NCBI GenBank assembly: GCA_964016885.1
Contig: OZ024741.1
Coordinates: forward strand, 3,968,001 to 4,032,000
Reading direction: 5' to 3'
DNA from: Eledone cirrhosa
Lineage: Eukaryota
Length of the DNA stretch: 64,000 bases
Shown here one piece after another: positions 52,392 to 64,000 of this stretch. The notes below the pieces were generated by a model, which had not been told where the DNA came from, did not search any database, and saw only the letters and a program-made list of their open reading frames with translations. Both the position numbers and the translations under genes were made by a program. Positions within the stretch are counted from its first letter, which is position 1. Every line of letters begins with the position of its first letter.

Positions 52392-52770
52392 TTTTCTTTA
52401 TTAACCACAAGGGTTTACATAAAGTAGACATTAAGGACAGTACAGGACAATAAATACAGGACGGTACAAATGGGCATTTCTGCGTATAAAAAAAAACAGA
52501 GGATGTAATAAAATAACAAAGAAAAATTCCCCAATAGTGGGGAGACTTCGGAGGGACATTTGTGGAGAAAGGCCATTAAAAGACCACAGTGACCCTGACC
52601 ACCAGGGCAAGTGCCCTCTCCCAGTTTTCCACCTTTAATTTACAGATACGTACTCAGAGTAGGCCCATTCACTCGGGCCATTCTTGCTTCTCTCACCCAT
52701 CTTTCAACAAAATGCTGGGAAGAGAGCACTTCCCTCTCTACCCTGATTTTCCTTTTCAAATGAAATTATT
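52391..52770 (-). mobile_element. Tx1/L1-group LINE 3' fragment (diverged relative of the adjacent copy)
   Basis: Homologous to 52790-53200 (ccctgaccaccagggcaag, aaaattccccaatag); followed by a (TTA)n tail. Confidence 0.8.
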
Positions 52771-53086
52771 GAATAATAATAATAATAATGATTTCTTTAT
52801 TGGCCACAAGGGCTGACATCAAGAAAAACATTACAGACGGCACAGGACGGTACGATGTGGGTTTTGTGAGTGTAAATATTTTTATTATTTATATAAGAAA
52901 AGAAAAAAAAAGGACATAGAAACATATATATATATATAAACAATAAAAATGAAAATTGAAACAATGAAAAATTCCCCAATAGGGGGGAAACCTCCGAGGG
53001 TTACTCGTGGCGAAAACCACACAAAAGACCACGGCCACCCTGACCACCAGGGCAAGCGCCCTCTCTCAATTTTTCCATTTCTCAAA

Positions 53087-56000
53087 CTACAGACGTATAT
53101 TCACTCGGACCATTCTCGCTACGTTCACCCACCTTTCAACAAACTTGCTAGAAGGCAGCACTTGCCTCTCCACTCTGATTTTCCTCTTCAAGTGAAACTT
53201 GAAAAAGTTAATTAGGGATTCGCCGAAGAGGAAAGTGTCTGTCTTTAACCCTTTTAACCTTGTCCACCAAACAATCTCTTTCGCCATGGCCACCAGGCAG
53301 ATGAAAACCGCCTGCCCTTCCTCCTCGAAGGAAGACGGCGAGACCATCTGCACAATGGACTCAGTCGACAACCGGATCAGTCCTACACGCGACAGCAACT
53401 GTTCGACATAGCTCCACAAGTCAGCAATGCTCGGGCACTGAACGAATGCGTGCACGACGGTTTCGTCGCTCTGCGCGTATCTCGGACAGGCTCGGCTGAC
53501 GGCACTTCCGTGCCTGTAGAGCTTATCTCGAACCAGCAGCGCTCCCCGGTAGCACTGCCAGGCCAGGGACTTTTGGAAGTTATCCATAGGACCTGGGCTG
53601 AAAGTTCTCCGGAAGAGAGCAAACAGCTGATCTTCTTCGACGCCCAGGATCTCTCCGAGAATGTCGTCGCTCTTCCCCTCCACTAGTCCTCTATAGAACG
53701 CCGAGGTGGATGTTCCACCGATACTGGTGCCCAGCTGGCAGAGGGCAGTGAGCGCCTGGAGACATTCCAGTTTCCAAGCGCTATCCCTCGGTCTTTTTCT
53801 GACCCAGGACTGCAGCTCCGTCAAAGAGACGAGCTGTGGGAAAACGTGCCTGGCGAACAGCGACCACACCTGTTCACCAGCAAGCAAGCACCAGAGATGT
53901 CGCAGCCTCAGCGCATGTTTGCGCATCATCAGCCATGGCATGCCCAGCCCTCCACTGATGTTGACAGCAGATGGATCGTCTGACCATGGGAGCGCGTCCC
54001 TTCCACAAAAAGCGGAAGAGGAGGCGCTCCATTTTGGTGAGAGTTGGGCTGGAGCAAGGGACGACGGTGAGGCGGTAGCAGATGACGGATGCGATGTACG
54101 CATTCGCCACCTCCGCCCGGCCTTTCAGGGACAGCTTCCTCTCGGCCCATTTCTGGGTGAGGGAGGCCACCCTGCTCGTCATCTCGTTCCAGTTTTTCTC
54201 CATCTGGAGGTCCGGTCCGAACCAGACCCCGAGCAATTTAGCCGGTCCGTCCGTCCAACGCCCCACGACGCTGTCGGACGGCATGGACTTGCCTCTCCAG
54301 GTGCCGAGCTGCAAGCCCACCGACTTTTCCTGGTTTATCTTTGCTCCTGTCACCGCTTCGTATTCCTTGAGAGCGGTGCCGAGCATCTGGACGTGTCTGG
54401 TGCTCGACACCACCACGGTGACGTCGTCAGCGTAAGCCGACTCGGATTTCCCGCATCCTAGTTCGCGTGGGACGCCCCTCATCGCCCCCAGTTTGTGCAG
54501 TAACGGCTCCAGAGCCAATACGTACAAGAGGGACGAGAGGGGACAACCCTGGACTGAGCGCATGATGCTGAACGGCTGCGACAGGTGACCGTTCACCCTC
54601 ACAACTGAGCAGATGTCGCTGTACATTGCTGCGATCCAACCCCTGAAAACGGGCCCGAAACCGGCTGCCTCGAGGACCTCTACCAGGTACCGATGGTCGA
54701 CCCTATCGAATGCTTTGGATTGATCCAAGTTGATCAGGGCCCCACTCGTGCCAGGTTCCTTAACCACCCTCTCTATGATGTATCGCATGAGGTGGAGGTT
54801 GTCGTGTATGGATCTGTCCGGAATGGCACATATCTGCGCCTCTCCCACTAGACCCTTGACGACAAGTGCCAACCTCGTTGCTAACACCTCGGCCAAAATC
54901 TTGAACTCTGCGTTTAGCAGGGTTATGGGCCTGAAATTATCGATAATATCCCCCTTGTTCGGGTCTTTTCTCAGCATCGCCACTGCTCCTCGGCTCACAA
55001 AACTGGGAATGCTCCCGTTCTGCTGCCAGTTGCAGTAGACGTCTGCCAAGAGGTCACCGAACAAGTCTGGCATAAATGCATAAAGCTCGTAGGGCAGACC
55101 ATCCAAACCTGGCGATTTACCCCTTGTGCAGTTAGCCATCGCTTCCCGTATTTCACCGGCTGTTATTGGCTTTTCGCAACACTGTGCTGTGGTCGTTGAG
55201 AGCCGAGGCAGTCCGTCGAGGTATGCACTGAAGTCCATGCCCCGATCCGGGCCGCCGCCGCTCCCGAACAGTTCAGCAAAGTGCTGCTGAAAAGCTTCAC
55301 ACATCTGCTCGGGTTCGAGCATCACGCACCCGTTTGGGTCAGACAAAGACCGAATTGTGGCTTTGTTGCCACGTCGCGCCTCTGCCACCCGGGCCCATTG
55401 GACGGCTTTTGTCCCCTCGTGTTTCAGAGCTCGCGCTCTAGCTCTGACAACGCAGCCTTCGTGTTTTGCGTTGAAAGAATTGGTCGAGTGCCAATCTCGC
55501 CGCAAGCTCGTCGGTTGCGATGCCTGTCCTAAACGCCCCTTCTAGCTTTCTGACTAGCTCTACCTCTACTCTATTTTCCTCTATCACTACTCCTTTGCTA
55601 AAGCTAATCGACTCTACTTTAATTGCCCTTTTCAGGGCGAGCCACCACCTGTTGTTGACGACCGCTCCCGTCAACGCCCGCTTAACTAATACGCTAATCC
55701 GGTCTCTGTAGGCTTTGCGCGCCGGGAAAGACGCCTTCAGCTTCCAGTAACCAGGCCCTTGTCTATGAAGTCTGTCTATGTCGATCTCACAGATCACAAA
55801 TTTGTGGTCTGTGTAGTCGACTATTTTAAATTGTGGACAACTTATACTAGTCTTATCTAGTTTTCTGCAGAATACCCTATCGAGATACGATCTGGATGAC
55901 CCGATGCGGTTTGTCCATGTCCACATTGGCACATTCGAGTGATCCAGTCGATACCTGTCAGACAGTTCAAAACGTCTGAGCAGGTTGGTGAGGCTCTTGC

Positions 56001-56298
56001 ACCCTCCTCCCCTATCCACTAGCCCCACACAATCCCAGCGTGCATCCAAGATACCGTTCCAGTCGCCCACTAACACTAAAGAGCGGGACGTTCCAAGAAA
56101 GGTCTCTAGACGTCTGAAGAAATTTGGCCGTCCTGCCCCTGTTGGGGCGTAGACGGCTACTAGCCTGAAAGCATTGCCTTCGCTGCCGGTCACGTCCAGT
56201 ACCACCGACTTACCTTCTGGGTCTAGGAAGATGGCCCGTATGGCGAGATCCAAGCCTCTCCGAAAACCGTCCCTTTCGCTGGTCATGGATGTTTCCAA
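53087..56298 (-). pseudogene. Tx1 ORF2 (APE endonuclease, RT, C-terminal domain) in three frames
   Basis: RLVAVYAP, LVGDWN, YLDRV, TDH; KSPGLDGLPYE, NFRPITLLN, LDQSKAFDRVDH, QGCPLS, AYADD; GGLGMP, CP..ETVVHAFVQC. Confidence 0.92.
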
Positions 56299-56508
56299 GA
56301 GGATGTCAGTGTATATCCTCTTGGTAACCGACCCTCTGAAGTCTCCAACTGCGTTGGGGAATTTTTTGTTTTAAAGGTTTGTACTGTTCTATTGAGATTT
56401 CGATGATGCTTATGTTTGTCGGGAGAGTTCTTGGTGTTGGTGGGGTGTAGTAGTTTTTTTTCTGTGATGTCTGTGTGCTGCTTTATATGAGTTCTTTTTT
56501 TGCCATGT

Positions 56509-57895
56509 TTATGGCTGTGTACTTTTTGGGGGAAGGGTGATTTTGTTGCTGTTTTCTTCTTGTTGCTGTTTGGTGTGTGTGTCTTGTTGTGTTTGCGTTG
56601 TTGGTGTTTTTAGTGATGCTGATGGTGGTGTGGTTGTTGTTGCCAGTGGTGCTTGTGGTGGTGGTGGTGGTGTTGCTGCAAGTTTCCTTGCTGTCTTTAC
56701 CCCTCTTTGTATGCCTTCGCTTTTGGAGGGTGAATCTAAGGGTTTTTTTCTTTTTTCTTTTTTGTGGCAGACCGTTTGCCACTTCACTCCCGCCTCAAAC
56801 TCCATGTCGGATTCTGTGGCGTCTGGGAGGGGTATGTGCTCCACGGCTGTTGGTGGTGGTAGTGGAGCCCTCTTCGGCAATTTTGTTGCTGGTGTAGCTA
56901 CTTCAAATGTAGCTATTGGTGTTGCCGCCACTGATGATGCTGCTTTAGTTATCCGTGGCCTTGGTACGGGTGTTACGGACGTTGCCCTCCTACTCACCGT
57001 GGAAGGGGCTTCTGCGTTTGTTGTCTGCCCTGCTCTTGGTAACAGCAGACCAGGTATTGGAAGGAGAGGGGCCTTCTTCTTCGCTGTCTTCTGCGGGCAA
57101 AAGGCCCTGAGGTGACCCTTCGACCCACAGAGATAACATTTTGGCCGTCTTCTTTCTATACTTATAGGGAGTTGGAGTCCTTCCTCGATGTCTATGATAT
57201 CAGGGATAGCGTCGATACATTCCTGGTCAGTTTGTATAAGCATTTGCATGCCTATACTTGACCAGTTCTCTCTCCCTATTTTTTCTACTTGCAGCATGGT
57301 CGTCCTGTTCTCGATTCCAGCAAGGACAGACGCGGCCACCCAAGGTATGGGCACGTCGGCTGGGACCTGGGTCACTTTGACCCTCACAATTTTCTGCCCG
57401 CAGCTGGAGGGCACCAAGACTATCTCCTCACTCTTTAGAGTTTCCAAAGAGTGAGACTTTGCTTCCTGGGGGTGGCGAAAAGTACGTCTACTGTGGCGTA
57501 CTTTCTGCCTCGGGTGATGTGGGTTTCGCGTGCCCAGACGCACCCCAAGGCCTTTTGGATTTGAGCCTCCGTGGCTCTCTCCACCCGATGTGAGATTTTG
57601 CTTACGGTGCGGTAAGTCACCGTCCATAGCTGCTGGTCCTTGAAAAAATCGGGTGGAGGTTTCAGGGAGACTCCATTGGCGCTTCTTGTCACCATGGCCC
57701 TTGCGACTGCCATCTCCTCCTCTGTGACTAACACTGTCTCGATATTTCGGGCGACATCTGCAAAAGAAGTGGTCCCTTTTTCAGCAGCACCACTATTACT
57801 GCCGCTACTGGTCTTACTGGTGGTGCTGAGATCGCTATTACAGGTATCGATGTCATTGTTGTTGTTTTCGTTGGTACAGTTGTTGGTGTTGTTGT

Positions 57896-57896
<1 letters not shown>
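56509..57896 (-). pseudogene. Tx1 ORF1 (gag-like, CCHC zinc knuckle), frameshifted near 57450
   Basis: SFADVAR; RRPKCYLCGSKGHLRAFCP; WQTVCHKKEKRK. Confidence 0.8.

Positions 57897-57991
<95 letters not shown>
57897..57991. repeat. (TAA)n microsatellite
   Basis: About 31 perfect units. Confidence 0.98.
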
Positions 57992-59178
57992 CCCACAAGA
58001 AATCTACTTGGCAAGAGAACATCAATCGCCAAATAAACCTTCTCCGATCTGACATAGAAATTTTAACAAACTATAAAGTAGGTGAACATGTTAAACAAAC
58101 TAAACTTAGAAAATTGAAAAGAAAGTACAGTATAAAATCAACAAGTGACATAGACATGCTGATAGAAATAATCAAGCAAAAAGTGTTGGCCAAAGCTGCT
58201 CGTATAAGGCGCTTTGAAAAACGATCTAGATACTATAAGGACAATAATATGTTCAAAAACAACCAAAGAAACTTCTACAGAAAAATTGGTAAGTCAACAA
58301 TAACTGCTAAATCAATACCACCCAAGGAGGAAGTGCAAGAATTCTGGGAAAAGATCTGGGCCGAAGAAAAAGTTCATAACATACATGCCCCATGGATAGA
58401 CAGACAAATGAAAGATACAGCTCACCTTGAGGAACAAATATGGGAAAATATAACAGTTGAACAGAAAATTCTTAACCATGCACAGACTGCATCACCCTAA
58501 GGCAGATATAGATAGAATATATCTCCATAGGAAAGAAGGAGGACGTGGGTTAATCCAGTTAGACATTGCGTTGAAAACTGCAACAATTGGATTATCTACA
58601 TATCTAAGGGAATCACATGATTGGATGATCAAACTCGTTTTGAAACACGAAAGCATCAAAAGATCATATTCCATTACAAAAGATGCACAAAGATACAGTA
58701 ATGGACTACAAATTTCAGAAGTCCCATTTACTGCTGAAATGGAAAACACAGAAAAAGCAAAGCAGGTAAAAGTAACTGCAAAGAAAGAACTGCTACAGAA
58801 ACTGGCTAAGAAATGGCAAGAAAAGCCTCTGTATGGAAAATACCCAGAGCGAGCTAACAATCCTGATGTTGACAAAACTTTAACCCATCAGTGGTTGGCA
58901 TCCTCTGGACTGAAATCGGAGACTCAAGGACTGATTATATCAGCACAAGATCAGTGTCTGCCAACAAAAAATTACCAAGCCAACATAATAATAAATGGAT
59001 GCAGCCCATTATGCCGTGTATGCAAAAATCAACCAGAGACCATTGACCATATAATTTCAATGTGCAGTCCTATAGCTCCAACCGAATACCTAAACAGGCA
59101 TGACAGAGCTGCACAATACATACATTGGATAATGTGTAAGCATTTTGACCTGCCCCATCAAAAGAATTGGTGGGAGCA
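57992..59178 (+). mobile_element. Second R4/Dong-clade LINE fragment; RT core deleted, 3' end lost
   Basis: 58114-58456 is pre-RT (NNMFKNNQRNFYR, FWEKIW, HNIHAPWI), fused to post-RT (HHPKADIDRIYL..GGRGL, SAQDQCLPT, CRVC..ETIDHIISMC, RHD). Confidence 0.88.
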
Positions 59179-59796
59179 ACTTACATAGTTTAGATTCTCA
59201 TTAATTTTATGGAATGGATAGTAGAGCCCTGTGTTAAGGTTTAATGTTACGTCTAAAAAGTTAACAATTTTATAGTTATTCTCTATTTCTAACTTAAGGT
59301 TGTAGCTATTGAAGAATTGTATTATGCTTTTTCTTTTCCTATTAATTTCACAATTACTATGATTTTCAATTAAAAGCAGCTTATCATCACGATATAAACC
59401 ACCGGTCATCTCTGGTATTTTTCTATGCAGTGTATTATTAATAAATAGCCCCACAAGATCCTTTATTTGCGCCGAGTCAGATGATCCCATGGTGATATCA
59501 ACATTTTTTTTTTCTATCGGCTCTTGTCCAGAGATGATTGTTGAATTCAATTAAAGTTTTCCGTGCGGTTAAAATGATATGCATTTCTTCGGTAGATAAA
59601 TCTGTATGTTTAGATGCATAGATAAGAGCTTTATTAAGTAAACTGGGAGTAATGGATGAGTAGTAATTTGCAATATCCAAATGAATGAATTTTTTGTTAT
59701 ATTTAAATTTTATGTTATTCAACCAATCTATAAACCTCGTTAGTACCGTTCCATAGTTTTAGGTAAGATATTTCTTTAAGTTGCGGTATGATTCTA

Positions 59797-59801
<5 letters not shown>
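59179..59801 (-). pseudogene. Naiad-like PLE RT fragment, relative of the 33.8-37 kb element
   Basis: LDIANYYSSITPSLLNKAL, DITMGSSDSAQ, GGLYRDD, VNFLDVTLNL; frameshifted; (TA)n at its 5' end. Confidence 0.9.
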
Positions 59802-59855
<54 letters not shown>

Positions 59856-59983
59856 TATATATATAACAAAGGAAGTGTAGTGAAGAACCAGGTGGACCAT
59901 AACGCACCAGAGTACTCAATACTTTGGTCCAGAAATAGCCGTCGAAACGGCTTGAGCTCTGCCGTCGGAGTCTTGAACATTTT

Positions 59984-60059
<76 letters not shown>

Positions 60060-60063
<4 letters not shown>

Positions 60064-60430
60064 CAGTGGTACCCAGCGTTGCACGGGATAATGTATTTTG
60101 GAACGCGGGCCGCCAACAGACCTAATCGTCGAAAAACTGCATGCCTGGACAATATGTAAAGAAAATAAACCGAATACTCTGATGGCTGGATAATCTTTAA
60201 GATTTTCCTCGATGCGGGCCCTAGGGGATCAAGAAAAATAATTTTTTTATGTGCATAATATGCCTTGAAATTTCGGGAAAATCGGCTAGACGTAACGCCT
60301 CCAAAAAGCCTTAAAAAGCTGAAAAAAATGAAGTTTTTCACCTAATGCGGGCCTTAAGCCATAAAAAAGTTGGATTTTCTTTGCTCAGGGTACTTCTTGA
60401 GTTTTAGGGATTCAAACTCACAGACACGCA

Positions 60431-60467
<37 letters not shown>

Positions 60468-60727
60468 CCTCAGGGAAGTGACGTAATGCAGACAGCCAGG
60501 CATACAGACAGATATTATAAGGGCGCGACGTTATATGTATGTATCTATCTAAAAAGAGAAAGACTAAGAATTATAGAGAGATCGCTAAATCTCCTAATGC
60601 AGTCCCTGGGGCATTGAAAATTTGAAATTTCTTTTTCTCAGAATACTCGCTGAAACATAAGTATTACATGTGTAAAGTTTGAACACAGTTGGTTGCGTGC
60701 TTCTCGAGTTTTAGGGATTCAAACTCA

Positions 60728-60765
<38 letters not shown>

Positions 60766-60787
60766 TCCTCAGTTTTATATATATAGA
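60060..60787 (-). mobile_element. Non-autonomous Helitron, copy 1
   Basis: On the minus strand: 5' TC(tatatatataaa); 3' hairpin cccgtgcaacgctggg then taccactg-CTAA, inserted in (TA)n. Confidence 0.75.
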
Positions 60788-61701
60788 CTAGCAGTGGTAC
60801 CCAGCGTTGCATGGGATAAGGTATTTTGGAACGCGGGCCGCCAACAGACCTAATCGTGGAAAAACTGCATGCCTGGACAATATGTAAAGAAAATAAACCG
60901 AATACTCTGATGGCTGGATAATCTTTAAGATTTTCCTCGATGAAGCAGGAAAAATGCAGGTTTTCACCTAATGTGGGCCCTAGGGGATCAAGAAAATAAA
61001 TTTTTTTAATGTGCATAATATGCCTTGAAATTTCGGGAAAATCGGCTAGACGTAACGCCTCCAAAAAGCCCTAAAAAGCTGAAAAAATGAAGTTTTTCAC
61101 CTAATGCGGGCCTTAGGCCATAAAAAAGTTAGATTTTCTTTGCTCACGGTATGAAGTAGAAACTGACTAATACATAGTTACAATTTCAAGGAAATCAGTC
61201 TGACCTAACGCCTCAAAATACCCATAAAAAGCTTTAAAAACGGTTGTTCACCTAATGCGGGCCCTAGGGGATCAAAAAGTTGAATTTTTTATGTGCATAA
61301 CGCTCCCTGAAACATAATACACATGTAAAATTTGAAAAAATAGGTTGGGTACTTCTCGAGTTTTAGGGATTCAAACTCACAGACACACACACACAGACAT
61401 CCTCAGGGAAGTGACGTAATGCAGACAGCCAGACATACAGACAGATATTATAAGGGCGCGACGTTATACGTATGTATCTATCTAAAAATAGAAAGACTAA
61501 GAATTATAGAAAGAGATCGCTAAATCGCCTAATGCGGTCCCTAGAGCATTGAAAATTTGAATTTTTTTTACTCAGAACATTCCCTGAAACATAAGTATTA
61601 CATGTGTAAAGTTTGAAAACAGTCGGTTGGGTGCTTCTCGAGTTTTAGGGATTCAAACTCACCAACACACAGACAGACACCCACAGCTTTATATATATAG
61701 A
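60788..61701 (-). mobile_element. Non-autonomous Helitron, copy 2 (head-to-tail with copy 1)
   Basis: A|TC 5' end at 61701; 3' hairpin plus CTAG at 60788-60791 directly abutting the TC of copy 1; internal subrepeats (cacctaatgcgggcc). Confidence 0.78.
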
Positions 61702-61774
61702 TAGCAGAAAAACCATCCTTCGGGTGGTTTTCTGCTAGCATGTGTAGTGTGTATATTGATATTATATGCATGTA

Positions 61775-61915
61775 GATACTTTATTTTATCGACCCCGTGA
61801 GGATGAAAGGCAAAGTTAACCACGGCGGTATTTGAACTCAGACCATAAAGGGACGTAACTCCATGCTATGAAGCATGGTGTCCGACTCTCTACAGATTCT
61901 GCCAATCCACCGCCC
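61775..61915 (-). mobile_element. tRNA-derived SINE (cephalopod-type); older relic at ~12090-12180
   Basis: Minus strand: ggcggtggattggcagaatc (box A), gagttcaaatacc (box B), aactttgcctttcatcc..ggggtcgataaaat core. Confidence 0.7.
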
Positions 61916-62202
61916 TAATGTCTGTACGTAATGAGGGAGTGAGAGGGGAGAGAAAGAAAGGCAGAGGTGAAGTGACGTAGTGACTTTCTTCTCCTCCTCC
62001 TCCTCCTCCATCTCCCCATTCGTCACAGCGATAGAGAGGAGGAATGTTAGTGTGTTACAAAGAGATAGAGTGAGAGTGAGAGAAACAGACAGACTAAAAG
62101 AGAGGGATAGCTGGAGAGAGAGAGAGATAGCAACAGATACAGTACAGTAGCTAAGGGATGTATATATATTTCTGTGTATATATATATACATTTCTGTGTG
62201 TG

Positions 62203-62264
<62 letters not shown>

Positions 62265-62283
62265 GGAAATATATATATATTTC

Positions 62284-62342
<59 letters not shown>

Positions 62343-62931
62343 CACACACAGAAATGTATATATATTTCTGTGTGTGTGTATATATATATATATATATTAC
62401 ACACACAGAAATGTATATATATTTCTGTGTGTATATATATATATTTCTGTGTGTGTATATATATATATATTACACACACACAGAAATGTATATATGTTTC
62501 TGTAGCACTCCTCAATTCCCCCCTCTCTCCCTCCCGCTATCCCCCTCTTGTAGTCTGTCTCTTTCTTTCACTCTCACTCTCTCTCTACGCGTGCGCAAAA
62601 AACATTCGCACGCGCGCACGTGTTTTAGCGTCTATTCACTCTCTCTCTCTCCCTCTCTCCCTCCAGCTATCCCCTCTCGTAGTCTGTCTCTTTCTTTCAC
62701 TCTCACTCTCTCTCTACGCGTGCGCAAAAAACATTCGCACGCGCGCACGTGTTTCCACTGTCGGACAGACAGACAGAGAAATTGCTGGTGATATATTATA
62801 AGGAGATAGTCCGTATGTTCTCAGCATTAAATGTGTCAAACGGAAGCAAGAAAGCCATACACATACACACACACACACACATATATATATATATTTATAT
62901 ATATATATATATATATATATTACTGTTTTAC

Positions 62932-63067
62932 CTGTTCCAGCCAAAACACTTGAACTATATGTGGAGATATGTGAGATAAACCTTTGTTCTTTGAACACAA
63001 AGTCCTGAACCAGAGAAGATACTGACATTGATAGAAGTAAACTGTTGTTACGTGTTTCCATATATCT
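62932..63067 (-). other. Candidate upstream exon of the CUB/sushi gene
   Basis: Unique-sequence island with caacag| acceptor and CAG|gtaaaa donor. The ATG at 63061 would splice in frame (phase 1) to 50952. No homology support. Confidence 0.25.
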
Positions 63068-63091
63068 CTGTTGACTTAACACACGCATTGA

Positions 63092-64000
63092 TGTGTGTGA
63101 GAGAGAGTGTGTGAGAGAGAGTGTGTGTGTGAGAGAGAGTGTGTATGAGAGAGAGTGTGTGTGTGAGAGAGAGTGTGTGAGAGAGAGTGTGTGTGCGAGA
63201 GAGAGAGTGAGAGAGAGTGTGTGTGAGAGAGAGTGTGTGAGATAGAGAGAATGTGTGAGAGAGAGGGTGTGTGTGAGAGAGTGTGTGTGAGAGAGAGAGT
63301 GTGTGAGAGAGAGAGAGTGTGTGAGAGAGTGTGTGAAAGAGAGTGTGTGTGCGAGAGAGAGAGTGAGAGAGAGAGTGTAAGAGAGGGAGTGTGTGAGAGA
63401 GGGAGTGTGTGAGAGAGAGAGTGTGTGTGAGAGAGAGAGTGTGTGAAAGAGAGTGTGTGTGAGAGAGAGTGTGTGAGATAGAGAGAATGTGTGAGAGAGA
63501 GGGTGTGTGTGAGAGAGAGTGTGTGTGAGAGAGAGAGTGTGTGAAAGAGAGTGTGTGTGAGAGAGAGAGAGTGTGAGAGAGAGTGTGTGTGTGAGAGAGA
63601 GTGTGTGTGTGTGAGAGAGTGTGTGAGATAGAGAGAATGTGTGAGAGAGAGGGTGTGTGAGAGAGAGTGAGTGTGAGAGAAAGTGTGTGTGAGAGAGAGT
63701 GTGTGTGAGAGAGAGAGTTTGTGAAAGAGAGTGTGTGTGAGAGAGAGAGAGTGTGAGAGAGAGTGTGTGTGTGAGAGAGAGTGTGTGTGTGTGAGAGAGA
63801 GTGTGTGAAAGAGAGTGTGTGTGTGAGAGAGAGTGTGTGAGATAGAGAGAATGTGTGAGAGAGAGGGTGTGTGTCAGAGAGAGAGAGTGTGAGAGAGAGT
63901 GTGTGTGAGAGAGAGAGTGTGTGTGAGAGAGAGAGTGTGTGAAAGAGAGTGTGTGTGAGAGAGAGAGAGTGTGAGAGAGAGTGTGTGTGAGAGAGAGAGT
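63092..64000. repeat. Compound (GA)n/(GT)n microsatellite
   Basis: Direct inspection; runs off the right edge. Confidence 0.97.

Larger units (their letters stand above)
52772..57896 (-). mobile_element. Near full-length Tx1/L1-group LINE (ORF1 and ORF2, frameshifted) between (TTA)n tracts
   Basis: ORF1 with a CCHC knuckle; ORF2 with APE endonuclease, RT and Cys-rich C-terminus; AATAAA then (TTA)n tail. Confidence 0.93.

Noticed and set aside
59866-59986. Island between (TA)n tracts with gtgaaga..tggacca/tggtcca..cgaaac, a possible degenerate hammerhead
   Set aside because: The core reads GUGAAGA rather than CUGANGA, and stems I and III are not supported.

Overview
Repeat-dense eukaryotic DNA, probably from a coleoid cephalopod (Octopus-like; inferred from the SINE/RTE repertoire and microsatellite load, not proven). 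There is one clear host gene on the minus strand: a two-exon, ~1188-aa type I membrane protein (signal peptide, alternating CUB/sushi domains, Thr-rich stalk, TM helix, NPxY tail; SEZ6/CSMD-like). The rest is transposons and satellites: CR1-like, RTE, R4/Dong and Tx1 LINEs, Penelope-like elements (PLEs), tandem non-autonomous Helitrons, tRNA-SINE relics, and tandem arrays with 61, 44, 34 and 14 bp units. The most striking signal is four unrelated hammerhead-bearing elements (12.2 kb, 31.3 kb, 32.2-38.7 kb, 41.6-44.0 kb). Each is a head-to-head fold-back dimer at (TA)n, with the hammerhead on the minus strand in the left arm and on the plus strand in the right arm. One of them is a non-coding ~425-nt unit present as two different circular permutations (retrozyme-like). 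Two large satellites appear to have been born from the adjacent transposon sequence, and a (TAA)n hub is shared by Dong and Tx1 elements.
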